64,000 nt of DNA from Pseudovirgaria hyperparasitica (Eukaryota): assembly GCA_010093815.1 (NCBI GenBank), contig ML996577.1. One strand, given 5' to 3'. Positions 13,201 through 24,785 of this stretch are shown in pieces (the first letter of the stretch is position 1; each line of letters begins with the position of its first letter). The position numbers and the translations under genes are program-made. Under the pieces are notes generated by a model. It did no database searches and was not told the DNA's origin. It saw only the letters and a program-made list of their open reading frames with translations.

Positions 13201-15290
13201 ACGCTTGTACCATGAGAGGAAGTATGAATTCTTCCAGACTCGCGCCTCCAACATACGTGGCAACGCCGACTATGGTTTCGAAGAATGCACACTTCAACAT
13301 CCAGTCCTTGTCGTTGAGATATGTATTCAAGTGACTCAGAATGACGTCGCTGGCCTTTGTACTTCCAAAGAAAACACATAACGTTGACACTGAGCCGAGA
13401 AATGCTCTCCGGACAGCTGAGTCAGTATCTGCTAACAAAGCTGTAGTCTGGGTTTCGAATTGATTCACTAGATCCATTCGTGCCACATCAAAGAGGTTTT
13501 GATAGACGGAATCGCTGATGGTGTCGCTCTCTGCTTCCGGGTCGCTTGTTGGCAACGTCCCGTCTGCTCTTAGAGCCTGCATCATATCCAGAAATCGGGC
13601 TGCCGTTGTTGCCAAAGGTGCAAGACATGTCGCATATGTCATTCTAATCAGAGCGCTGGGCTTTGACTTATGACCCGGTACAAATGGTTGAAGGCGAGGC
13701 ATTATGTACTCTGGAAATATGGATGCGTTGATCGGAGACACAACATTGACCGTGGTAAGCTGCATCATATCAGTAAGGACTTGGCAGGGGGGCGCGGTGT
13801 GATCATACCAGTTGTGTCAAAGTTCGTAAAGCTGCGACCTTTACCAGATCGGAGGGATCCACCAAAAGCGACATAATGTACGGTACAATACGGTCCAACT
13901 TTGCCTCGTCTGTAGTTCGCTCGCCAAAGGCAAGTAATAGTTCACAAGCTTGAACTCGGGCACTGGCGCGTGCAGTGCTACGAATAGAAGATACAATGAG
14001 GGTTAGAAAGATCAATGTACCATCATCGACTGCTGGATGGGCGACCTTGATCTGACGTTTGTAATTGGGGATGGCGATATGTAGGGGAAACAAAGACCCG
14101 GTTGCTCTAGGTGCTGCATTCACAGGTTTTGACTGCTCTGGTCCGTTGTCTGACCCCAGGAAGTACGAGATCTTGTCGAAGTCATTGTAGATCTTCTCAA
14201 TACGGTCGTCAGATTCGCCAAAATTTTCATGTCCAGAACTGACTGCTTTTCTGCCCGATGTTGGATCTGTAATGGCATACATATATTGATGCAGAAAATT
14301 GTAGAAGTAGTCAGGGAATGCCTTTTTTCGCCAGAAATTGAGATACTCATCGGCAGCATATCGTGCTTCTGGCTCGACTTGAATCATGTGACGGACCAAT
14401 TCACGAATGTCTTTGTCGGTAATCTTGTTTAGATGCACGTGATCTGGATCATACTCTCCTTGGCGATATTTGAAGATCTGGCTTAGCGAGAAGATAGGGG
14501 TCTCGAGGAACAGCTCGGCGATGACACATCCAACGCTGAATATATCCATCGCCCAGTTGATACGGCCTGAGTCATCTGGTTGCGTCCCTGATGACAAGAA
14601 TCTCTCCGGGGCTAGATAGCACGTTCTGCGACCAGAAATGTCGAAATAGAAGGAGAAGTCGGCTGGGTTGTCTTCTGGTAGGTAAGTGGGCTTGAAGGAG
14701 GACGAAAAGTCGGACAAATATAGCCATCCCCACGAGGTCACAAGGATGTTCTCGGTTTTGATGTCGCCGTGGTAGATGTTACGCGCATGGCAGTCTCTGA
14801 CGGCGCAAAGCAGCTGGAAAGCAATCCATTTCTTCTCAATATCTTCCAGGAAGGGACGCGTACTGTTAACATGAGCATATTGGATGAATATCAAAATCAC
14901 GACTTACCTCATACGATCGTAAAGTGAGCTATGGATGTACTGTCGCACCAGATAACCGTTTGTGCCTGTCTCTAGAATCCGATGATAACCCAAAGCATTT
15001 GGAACTTCTGCGAGGAGTTTGCGCTCATCTAGGTTTGGTCAGGAAACGTTACCGAGAGGCTCATGGACGACTATACACAATAGTATCTTCACGTATTTGC
15101 TCAGTTCCATACTTGTATACGCTTTCATAACGACCTTTGCGACGACCAAACCATCTCTATGCCGAGCACGAATAGTCTTCATGAACCGAGCATTCCCAAG
15201 AGACCTCTCGTATGTCAGATCGGCCAGCTCCTGGGCATCGATACCGGCTGACCCAGCAGACAGAGTGGTGACTGAGTAGCCTTGGCCCAT
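10250..15290 (-). CDS. VPS15: Vps15 / PI3K regulatory subunit 4 (kinase + HEAT + WD40); introns 15029-15076, 14863-14907, 13760-13808
   Basis: Myristoylation-type start MGQG; LGNARFMKT; HGDIKTENILVTSW; SGRRTCYLAPERF; HEAT region ILSHLNTYLND; C-terminal WD40 (WRPEG-x-LVA, EHTAAV, HLDEIMDV). Confidence 0.96.
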
Positions 15291-15698
15291 GTTGACGGTC
15301 GATGCTAATGCTGCAAAATGACAGGCAGGTTTGCGACAAGTCTATCATCGATTCATCTTCGACAGTTGCAGCGGTGATGGTTGGCTTGTAGGCCTTTGCG
15401 CCGTCGACATGTATGATTCCACGGCAGTCGTTTGTCTTCACACATGGACAGTCTAGTGAATATCTGACGAAAGAATTATGAGTTACACTGTCCACTTGCT
15501 GTTGCTGTTGCTAGTGCTGTTGCTGTTGTAGTAATTAGTCCACGCGGATACCTGGCACGTGGTGGACCAAATGCCAAGCCTTCCGCGTCAACGTCGCGCT
15601 TTGTCCACCTGCAACGTTGCTTTGATATATCCTCCACCGTCTTGGTGGCCGTCGGCATCTCACAGAAGTGCAATGGATCATTGATTCCCTTCGACAGT

Positions 15699-17178
15699 AT
15701 GAAATCGATGCGCCAGAACATCGTCTTCTTCCACCCCGACCTTGGCATCGGAGGGGCTGAGCGTCTGATAGTCGACGCTGCTGTGGGCCTGCAAAATCTA
15801 GGACACAAAGTCACTATATTCACCTCGCATTGCGATCGTTCGCATTGTTTCGAAGAGGCGCGAGACGGTAAGAGATAGCCCGCGGCATTCTAGCATACCC
15901 ACTCATGCTCCGAGAAGGTAGCTGAGACCATTTGTGATCAAAGGTACTCTCGACGTTCGAGTACGGGGGAATTCCATTGTCCCACAGACTATTCTCGGCC
16001 GCTTCTGGATCCTATGCGCAATCCTCAGGCAACTTCACCTGATCCTGCAAATTTCGCTACTATCCTCTGAGTTGAACGACCTCAAACCCGATTCCTTCTT
16101 CATCGACCAATTGAGTGCGGGTGTGCCCCTCCTACGTCTCGTTCAGCGGCATGTTCGAGTGATCTTCTACTGTCATTTTCCAGATAAGCTGTTGGCACAA
16201 AGAGGGGGAACGTTAAAAGCGTTGTACAGGCTGCCGTTTGACTGGCTAGAAAGCTGGAGCACAGGATGCAGCGACACCATAGTGGTCAATAGCAACTTTA
16301 CGAAGAGTGTTTTTGCACAGGTCTTCCCCAGACTCAAGCAGCGACAACCCGGAGTGGTGTACCCTTGCGTGGACACCGAGCAGAATGATGTACATCACGG
16401 GGAAACCCCAATCGATCACGGTGATCAGCTATGGGGTGGCATAAAGACATTGTTGAGCATCAATAGGTTCGAGGCGAAAAAAGATGTCGGTCTTGCGATT
16501 CGTGCTTTCGCAGGTCTCGATCAGACTGAGAGGCTCAACTCTAGACTAATCATAGCTGGAGGTTATGACCCGCGTAATGCCGAGAACAAGACAACACATG
16601 CATCCCTGGACAAGCTGGCGACCTCTCTCAATTTGAAGACTTCGACGGCCAAGACAGTCATAAGCGCATTATCAATTCCCGCAGAGATCGATGTGCTCTT
16701 TCTCCATTCCGTTCCGAGTGCCTTCAAGACGGCACTCCTCAAGCATGCACGTCTACTTGTCTACACCCCTCGAAATGAGCACTTCGGCATCGTTCCACTG
16801 GAGGCTATGTTGGCAGAGACTCCCGTACTTGCCGCAAATGAAGGAGGACCGACCGAGACTGTTATCGATGGTGTGACAGGGTGGCTTCGAGACGTGAGGC
16901 GTGCAGATGACTGGACTTCAGTAATGCGCACCGCTCTGAGCGACGACAAAAGTGATATTGCCAAATTAAATGGCATGGGAAAGATGGGTAAGGCCCGAGT
17001 GGAGGCCGAGTTCTCAAAGTCAAAGATGGCCGAACGTCTGGAAACTGAGATACGGCAAATGTCCAGTACCAAAGTCCGTCCGCCCGTGGCGCGGGTGCTG
17101 CCAGAGAACTTCGCAGAACTCGCAATAGTAATACTGGGACTGGTTGTAGGCGTGTTCCTTGTGCAGTATAGCAGATAG
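15699..17178 (+). CDS. ALG2: Alpha-1,3/1,6-mannosyltransferase Alg2; intron 15868-15943
   Basis: [36 protein letters not shown]-x-KKD, [16 protein letters not shown] and a C-terminal TM segment; divergent from VPS15 with about 410 bp between starts. Confidence 0.96.
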
Positions 17179-17817
17179 CTGGACTAGAGCTTGCATTCCA
17201 GCTACTAGCTCCTTTGGAGAGCATTCGGATGAGTAATGCGGCAGGGATCTTGGCCGAGTATGTAGAGATCGCATTCACATCTATGTACGATTGACAACCA
17301 CTGACCACTACAGGGTCATTCATGAGACCTCAGCAATCCCATTTTACAACCTATGAAAGGGGTCTAAATATCTCTCAATTGCATAACTTGAACACATTCC
17401 GTTCTTGAGCAACATGGGCGTATCGTCTCAACAATAGACGTGCCGGCACAAGGGATACAATTGCATAGGGACGAAGTTGTCAGGCTTATTGTGAATTGAC
17501 GACGTATTGAAAATTGGCCCAGAGGCATGACGCAGTCCTATTGTGTTCCTTTCATGCACGCAGTGGTGAATGATCCGCCTGTGCGCGCAACTCATTGACG
17601 ACTCTTTGTCCAACACAAACAATGTCAATCGACACATAATAGCTTCACTTCACTTTCACAGCTGTTTCAAAATTCTACGCATGACAAATCATATGCTACC
17701 CTCCAGGGCCAGTAGCCTTGTTTTATTTGCCTTGCGCTCTTCTTCTTTCCTCCACGTGCATGTTCCCTCCAGCCTTTGGCAGATATTTCACACATTGTCG
17801 TACTTCCACATGCAACT

Positions 17818-20037
17818 ATGTCGACCATGGAGGAAGAGTCGCTGGCTGTTGCCCAGCTCAGAGTGTTCCGCGAATCACTGATCGAGAAGAACGAGTATTA
17901 CCATGCCTTGTTGTCGCGAGAAATGGAATACGAAGTTGTCGTCCAGGACATCTCAAAACTGGGCGATCAGAGCAGAACATATGAGTCTCGGAGGCAACTG
18001 ACCATATACTCACATCAGACACGAAACGCATTCGTCGACAAGAGAGACACCGAAAAGCGAATTGCAAGGCTGGAACTTGCGGTCGCCGAGGAAATCGCTG
18101 ATGCAAATCGTTCCTGGTGGAAGAGGAACACGAACAAGGGGAAGATCACCGCGGCAGCAATGCCAGCGACGGATCAGGGAGCACAGCTCACAAACCACGA
18201 TGAGTCAAGTATAGTGGCAGCGGAGCTTGCACAAGAGAAGAGTGCATTCCGGTCGAAAGCAGCGTCGCCAAAGACTACAGCTGATCAGGAGTCCTCGCTG
18301 CCAACACAAACGCCACATCAACATCATTCACGACAGACCCCCATATATCCTCCCACGAAGGTGACTTCTGCCTTTGAACTTCAGGGTCACTCAATCACAA
18401 CCACCTGGGCCCATGAGGATGACAGCGACTGGGGGAGAGATATTGAGACAAGTGTCTATGAAGCCGTCGTTCGCAACCCAGTCACTGCACATTCACCTCC
18501 CTCTACCAAACTCTCACCCCTCATAGCACCGACCATCGATCTTCCGCGCCCGAATGTCCCGCCTCTCGGAAACCACTTCGGGTCGAAGACATACGCCGAC
18601 CTTCCAGATGTCCTCCTTCCCCCTGATATTACCCATACTACCGCTCCATCTGGAGAAACTCACAACTACTTTATCAAAGCTCCGATTGCCCTACTTGTCC
18701 TTTGGATTATGTTGAAATTGATGAGCATACTCTACAATGGCTTGTCCGACAACTACAACGAAGACATATCAGACGAAGCGCCGCCACCAGTACCACCTAG
18801 GTATATACAGCCGGAGTTTCCAGAGGGCCCCCAATACCCTTTATCATGGGCGGCTGCATACGCCGACAGACAAATGTTGATGCGGATGGGAGATCCAGAA
18901 CCCGGAGCACCCGTCAGCTCGCGACTACTAACCGGCCATATCCGAGGCAGCCAAGTCCATTTCAATGCGCAGACCTTGTTGAACAAGTACCGCCAAACGC
19001 ATCGGAGGACTGCTACGTCGGACTGGAAGAAATACAACTGGTCCCACGAGAGGGAGGGCTACCTGGCAGCCCAGAAAGCCAAGAAGGAATTGGCTGAGCA
19101 GGAGAAGACTGCTAAAAGCAGTCCCAGCAGGGAGATGCCTCGTCCGCCCGTCTTGGAGAAGACAATCTCTGGATTGCCACCTGGCGAGGAAGCAGTCCGC
19201 CCGCAAAGCAGCATTCGTGGGGTGGCGCCCCTGAAGCCGATACAGAAGACTGCCCCCAGCATCGCCCCCTTGCAGGCGTCTTCAAAGACCACACTTGGGA
19301 GTCAAGCCCCTGAGGATGTACCATATCTTCAACTCCCAGTGGCCGAAAACCCAGTTCTGGCAAAACTGTGGAACAAGGTTCCCGAGGACGTCCGCAAGTA
19401 TGTGAGATCTGACATCACAACGTTGCGTCTTCGGCCACGCGACACGCCAAGTACGGATGATCTTGGCAACAGACGGACGTGTGGTGCCTGGGCGCTTGCG
19501 GGCTCGTTGGTCGCCGCTCTGGACCCTCACATACTAGATGTGCCGGCCATGAAGGAGCGCAGGAAGGTGTACTACAAAAAACTCCTTCCTCACATGGAGT
19601 TGACGGACGATGACAAAAACGACGTTATCAGAATCTGTGGCGCCACCGACTGGATGTCGGTGGACAGGGGAACTCGAGAGGACTTGTCGTCGGCTGATGA
19701 TCGAAGGAGCCGAGAGAAGCCGGGGCCCAAGGGCACAAAGGATTACACCATAACGCAGCTCGAGAAGGGGCTGAAGAAGTTTTGCCGCGCAGAAGGGTAT
19801 CCGGACTTCCGCTTCTTGTATGCGCAGGTGCTGGCTGAAGAAGCCTCGGGGCTTCCGGTGACATCGGAGCAGGGCGCGCTGAGCACATATCGGTTCTCGG
19901 AGCCAGGCGTCACGGAAGACCCCAGGGCGCCAGTCCTGTGGGTGCGGGTTGTGGAGATGGTGAAGGGGGATGGAAGGCACTACGAGGCGATGGTGGAGTT
20001 GTTGCGCGGTGAAAAGGAGTCGGGATTTGGTCGATAG
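17818..20037 (+). CDS. Hypothetical protein of about 740 aa: N-terminal coiled coil, central hydrophobic segment, possible C-terminal cysteine-peptidase-like domain
   Basis: 2.2 kb uninterrupted ORF, first ATG at 17818; no family recognised with certainty. Confidence 0.7.
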   Translation: MSTMEEESLAVAQLRVFRESLIEKNEYYHALLSREMEYEVVVQDISKLGDQSRTYESRRQLTIYSHQTRNAFVDKRDTEKRIARLELAVAEEIADANRSWWKRNTNKGKITAAAMPATDQGAQLTNHDESSIVAAELAQEKSAFRSKAASPKTTADQESSLPTQTPHQHHSRQTPIYPPTKVTSAFELQGHSITTTWAHEDDSDWGRDIETSVYEAVVRNPVTAHSPPSTKLSPLIAPTIDLPRPNVPPLGNHFGSKTYADLPDVLLPPDITHTTAPSGETHNYFIKAPIALLVLWIMLKLMSILYNGLSDNYNEDISDEAPPPVPPRYIQPEFPEGPQYPLSWAAAYADRQMLMRMGDPEPGAPVSSRLLTGHIRGSQVHFNAQTLLNKYRQTHRRTATSDWKKYNWSHEREGYLAAQKAKKELAEQEKTAKSSPSREMPRPPVLEKTISGLPPGEEAVRPQSSIRGVAPLKPIQKTAPSIAPLQASSKTTLGSQAPEDVPYLQLPVAENPVLAKLWNKVPEDVRKYVRSDITTLRLRPRDTPSTDDLGNRRTCGAWALAGSLVAALDPHILDVPAMKERRKVYYKKLLPHMELTDDDKNDVIRICGATDWMSVDRGTREDLSSADDRRSREKPGPKGTKDYTITQLEKGLKKFCRAEGYPDFRFLYAQVLAEEASGLPVTSEQGALSTYRFSEPGVTEDPRAPVLWVRVVEMVKGDGRHYEAMVELLRGEKESGFGR

Positions 20038-20537
20038 GACCCTACATATCATAGTGTAGGTTACGGGCGTCTGCACATAATACTACCGCGATTTGGACTT
20101 GTTACTATTGGCTCACCTATCAGTCGTGGATTCGCACTCATCCGGGATAGCCTAAAGCAGTTTTGCTGTATTTCTTCCTTCGGATGTGACTTGCAATCGG
20201 CATTAGTCGCGACTCCGGGGGGTCTCGAATCACACATATCAGGTTGAGATTGAACACATACTGACTTTTCGTCCGCTCAGAATAGTAGATTTCACGTTGA
20301 TCTAGGTGCATAATGCATCTTCGAGCGCGGACCCAACGACAAAGACTCTCTACTAGGTGCTATTGGTATCACCATGTGACACTGCATCGCGTGACAAAGT
20401 CCATGAACACCCCCTTTCAACCTTCCAAACCAAACAACACTCCACATCACTCACACCTTGGATGCGAAGCATTTACACTGTACCATCACATACAAAACCT
20501 CACCAAATTCCATCCATCCCTTCCACCTCCATCCCCA

Positions 20538-22316
20538 ATGCCTCCCACCGTCATCTCGACCACTATGTGCCTCCGAATCTCGACCCTCCACCGCACAGGT
20601 ATCGAGACATTCGAGTACGATCTCTGCCTTGTAGGACGTATGAAGGCTCTCAAGATCGTCGCGAATCAGCGCCGTCTGAAAGACGACGATCATGAGCGTG
20701 TCTGGAGCGATTGTACGCGGTCTTATGAGAGAAGGGTTACTTACAAGGGGTTCAGTAAGCGATATGTCTTGGGAGAAGGGAGTGGAAATGCCGGGGGAGG
20801 ACAGGGGAACAGTGACGAGCGACATAGATGGCGGCGTCTTACGGAAAGAAGATATGAGGAAGAGCATGGGGATGGGCTTGATGTGTCCCTGGACAACGTC
20901 CTCCGAGATCCGTCGAGCCTTGATGCTCAGGATGGGTCAGATGAAGAAGCTTCTTTTGTCTCTACACAGGACGGTCTACCGAGTATCAAGGCGACGGGGC
21001 AGATGAAAACACAAGTTGGACGACGGTCGCAACATAATTCGACATCTTCTTCGCATGGCCTCACTCACAGTCCAGATTTCGACAACAAGGAAAATATCCC
21101 TCCCGAGGGCTACTACGCCCCTGTGTGGCCGTTTGACGAACCAGCATTACGGTCTCAGAGGCCTCATGATTCCGAAAGACACACTGCCCCTGTTCAGAGT
21201 CACCATCCACATCTACCACAACGACACACGGGACATGTGCCTCCCACACAGGCCACATATCCGACCGGAAATGCTCCTGGAGCGCGAAGCAACATTCCGG
21301 AGCAAGCATACGCCCAGCCAAAGCCTTCATGTGGCACCAACTACGCCGGCGGAAGAAACAAAACTGCTCCCAGTCAACGCTACAAAAGAACAGTATACAC
21401 CATAACCACGCCCCCACAAAGCCATCCCCAACATGCTGGCCGTCAACCCGGAGGACCCCAAAACACCGCCTCTGGTCCGAACCATGCACCGCAGAATCAC
21501 ACCGGACACAACCAACCATACACCAATATGCCCACAGATATGCCATACTGGCCTCCTCCACCATCATACAATACCAGCCGCAATGTCCCTGATATGAGCT
21601 CTCACAAGTCCCGCCCTGTCCATCCTCAGCACGTCTCACTCCCACACACTCCCACACACCACGACGCTAGCTCATTAACATCAACAACCTCATCAACCTC
21701 ATCATCAACAACCAAGCCCCCTCACACCCCAATCCAAACCTCCAATCCAATCCACATCTACATAACCCGCCGCGCCCGGGCCCCAGATCATCCACATCCA
21801 CATCCACATACACCCCAACCCCAGCATCCACCAAACCCCCTCTGCTCCCCTTTTAACCCCTCCCCAGCCTCCGACGAAACAGGCATCTCAAGACTCTCAA
21901 GTGTCTCAAGCATCTCGAGCCCCTGCCCAGTTTCGAGGGCGCCACAAACGAGGGTGCCACAAGCGAGGGGGACTGGGGGAGGGATGGGAGAGCGTCTGGA
22001 ACAGCATGGGCAAGACGGAATGCCTAAATCAGCAGGTCGAGGCGGGTATAACAGTCCTGTTGACACTCTTTCTACGCCGTCTACGTCTCATTCTCCCACT
22101 ACCCCTTCTGTTACATCCCCCAAAGCAGAACATACCGAAGATACGCCCTCACCGACGCCAACAACGGCAACTACAGGCAGTAGCACGCATGATGCGCAAC
22201 AAGGCGAATGTGGAGGGAAGGGGTATGCGTACGGCACGGGCGGGGTGCGCGGGGGGGATTGGGGAGATATTGGGAGTTGGGATGGAGATGAAGTTGGGGA
22301 TGAGGGGTGCGAATAG
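20538..22316 (+). CDS. Hypothetical, largely disordered P/H/T/S-rich protein; start uncertain (20313, 20538 or 20565)
   Basis: Long ORF (667 codons from 20313) with a short globular-looking segment MCLRISTLHRTGIETFEYDLC followed by low complexity. Confidence 0.55.
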   Translation: MPPTVISTTMCLRISTLHRTGIETFEYDLCLVGRMKALKIVANQRRLKDDDHERVWSDCTRSYERRVTYKGFSKRYVLGEGSGNAGGGQGNSDERHRWRRLTERRYEEEHGDGLDVSLDNVLRDPSSLDAQDGSDEEASFVSTQDGLPSIKATGQMKTQVGRRSQHNSTSSSHGLTHSPDFDNKENIPPEGYYAPVWPFDEPALRSQRPHDSERHTAPVQSHHPHLPQRHTGHVPPTQATYPTGNAPGARSNIPEQAYAQPKPSCGTNYAGGRNKTAPSQRYKRTVYTITTPPQSHPQHAGRQPGGPQNTASGPNHAPQNHTGHNQPYTNMPTDMPYWPPPPSYNTSRNVPDMSSHKSRPVHPQHVSLPHTPTHHDASSLTSTTSSTSSSTTKPPHTPIQTSNPIHIYITRRARAPDHPHPHPHTPQPQHPPNPLCSPFNPSPASDETGISRLSSVSSISSPCPVSRAPQTRVPQARGTGGGMGERLEQHGQDGMPKSAGRGGYNSPVDTLSTPSTSHSPTTPSVTSPKAEHTEDTPSPTPTTATTGSSTHDAQQGECGGKGYAYGTGGVRGGDWGDIGSWDGDEVGDEGCE

Positions 22317-22524
22317 GAGCTTGTACGTGTGTGTAGTATACTCAATCAACCTGTAAGGCTATCAAAAAGAAGACGAATCGCGAGAAACAAGGAGGAGGGA
22401 GTGGCAAGAACAGTGTATGGACGGCTGTATGGCTGGATTTAGGGGGGGTGGGGGAGTGTACGTACTCGCAATGCTCGAATTACAAAATCCATACATCGTA
22501 AGAACCCAAAATCAAAGATCACAA

Positions 22525-22618
22525 ACCCAAGATCTAAACCTCAGATCTAAAACCTAAGATCTAGAACCTAAGATCTAAAACCTAAGATCTAGAACCTAAG
22601 ATCCAAAACCCAAGATTC
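22525..22618. repeat. 14-bp minisatellite (AACCTAAGATCTAR-like), about 6-7 imperfect copies
   Basis: Repeated CCTAAGATCTA(A/G)AA seen directly. Confidence 0.88.
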
Positions 22619-22742
22619 AACATCATATCCCTCTTTAACAACACCCAAAGAACCAAAACTAGTATATACACACACAACACACAACGAAAAAACAAGATTT
22701 CGTTCCTTCTTCTTCTTCCTCTCCCCCCTTCGTATATAGTAA

Positions 22743-22820
22743 TACATGTCAACAGTACATGTCAACAGTACATGTCAACAGTACATGTCAACAGTACATG
22801 TCAACAGTACATGTCAACAG
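22743..22820. repeat. 13-bp minisatellite (TACATGTCAACAG) x6, perfect
   Basis: Six identical tandem copies with no spacers. Confidence 0.95.
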
Positions 22821-23522
22821 TACACAGCAGCCGAGCAGAGTAGCAAGACAAGACTAAGAACCCATCCATACACGAACAGAGAAGGACGTATGGGATAGAT
22901 AATAGCGCGAAGAATCTCTACTTCTCGAGATTGAATATCACGTATGTATGTATCTACCGCGAACACGGCGGACACGACGATACACGGACACGACGAGGCA
23001 CAAAGAAACAGCTCAACGCAACGCAACACAGCATCACCATGAACAAGGCAACGAACAAGACCAACAACCAACAAAGGCCCAGACGACCCACCCCAAATTC
23101 ACAAGAGTCCTTAGAAACCCATGCACTACAACAACAATCCATACTGACCACACGAACACGACACAGACAACACACAACCGATCAAAGAGAAATCAAGGTG
23201 CATAGACGCAGTACCTCATACCATACCATACCATACCAAACCATGCACTAACTCTACCCAGCCAGCCAGCCATCCAGTAGTCACTGACAGCCGTTTAAAA
23301 CCAAAAAAAAATAGGGAAGATATATACACCGTTTCGTGTTTTTTTTCTTTCTTTCTCGCTCCTCAATCTCAGGTTTCCACATCGGTGGTGCGCACTTGGC
23401 GTCTCAATCCCTCACCCTTCCTCCTCTGCACTCTACTTCCCCTTCACTCCCTTCTACAGCAAAACCTCTAATTCTCATGACCTCCACGTCCTCACACCCC
23501 AGTCACTCTCCATCCATCAAAC

Positions 23523-24083
23523 CTACGCCTTCCTCTCCGGATCCTCCAAAATCCCCTCCGCCTCAAGCCGTCTCCGCGCCTCCTCCAACGCCCAAGTCTG
23601 AATACTATCCCAAAAATCAGCACACATCACTTTTTAATCCCCCGTTTTTCATCTCACCCCTCCCCTCCCCCTCCCTCTCCCAGCCCCTAAAAAAACAAAG
23701 AAAAAAACTCAAAAAAAGGAAACTCACCTAGTATCAGGCTTAAACGCAAACGCCACCCCCGCAACCAAAAAGCTGCCAAAAAACCCATAAAACCAAACAT
23801 TCTCCCACCCTTCCTTCTCGTACTTCTGCCCCGGCGGGACGCCAAAGAGCCAGCCGCTGGGCGGGTCGTAGTGGCTTTCGTGGCCACCCGGGAGCTTCTT
23901 GGTTGTGCTGAATGGGGCGGCGGCGGTGATGGATGTCAGGCGTGTGAGGTGTGTGTGGGTGGGCTTGAAGGGGCGGGAGAGGGCTGTTAGGCGGGGGGTT
24001 GTGGTGCTTGTCGTGGTGCTGGTTGTGGTGGTGGTGGTGGTGGTGGTGCGCAGGGCGCTGCGGGAGAGGGTTTGGAGGGACAT
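23523..24083 (-). CDS. NDUFB11: NADH:ubiquinone oxidoreductase ESSS subunit (NDUFB11 homolog); intron 23605-23727
   Basis: Mitochondrial presequence; HYDPPSGWLFGVPPGQKYEKEGWE; TM segment; FKPDT|SIQTWALEEARRRLEAEG after splicing. Confidence 0.92.
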
Positions 24084-24785
24084 TTTTGGTGATGGTCTTG
24101 ATGGTGGTGGTCTCGTGGTCGTGTTAGGGTTGAGCGAGAGGTGGACTCTCGGGCTGTTGGGGTGGTGAGGTCGAGGAGGTGGTGGTGAGGGCGAGAATGT
24201 CGTCGTGATGTGAGGTCGGGAGTTTGCCCGAAGTTGAGATTGGGGTTAGTCAGCGGGCGGGCTAGCGCGGCCGCGGGACCTGAGGTAGTACAGTAAGGTA
24301 CCTATGCAGGTGGATGTCAGTGCCAAGTCCGTCAGGGCAGCCAAAGACATGACGAAATCACTCAACACATTACAGCCGTCACAGTCACAGTCGGAGGCAG
24401 ATAATTGGAAATCCCTCGAAAGCGTCTTGTTCATGTGAGTGCGGACCCCGCTTGGTCTCGCAACGTAAATATACTAACGCCGTTCCAGCTCATCACGGAT
24501 TCATCTACCCCTGCTCCTTACTGACGAGCGCGTCCCTTGAAATATACATCTCATCCCCACGGCATAACATACTGATTGATATTCAGCAACCCATATTTTC
24601 ATGACCCAATAATATTGACACAATGCCCTCTACCGAGGTAGGTGCCGGAGAAAACGCCAGAGGTCCGGAGACAAAGGAAGAAACCTCGAATGCAGAAAAG
24701 TGGTGCAAGCACATTACACAACGCTCACCCGAATGCTCGCAGCTGAAGCAAAATGCATGAGACAAAGGGGGTTATTCTGACATAT

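Noticed and set aside
22743..22820. Direct-repeat arrays here and at 57250-57389 as possible CRISPR arrays
   Set aside because: Head-to-tail repeats without unique spacers, no cas genes, eukaryotic context
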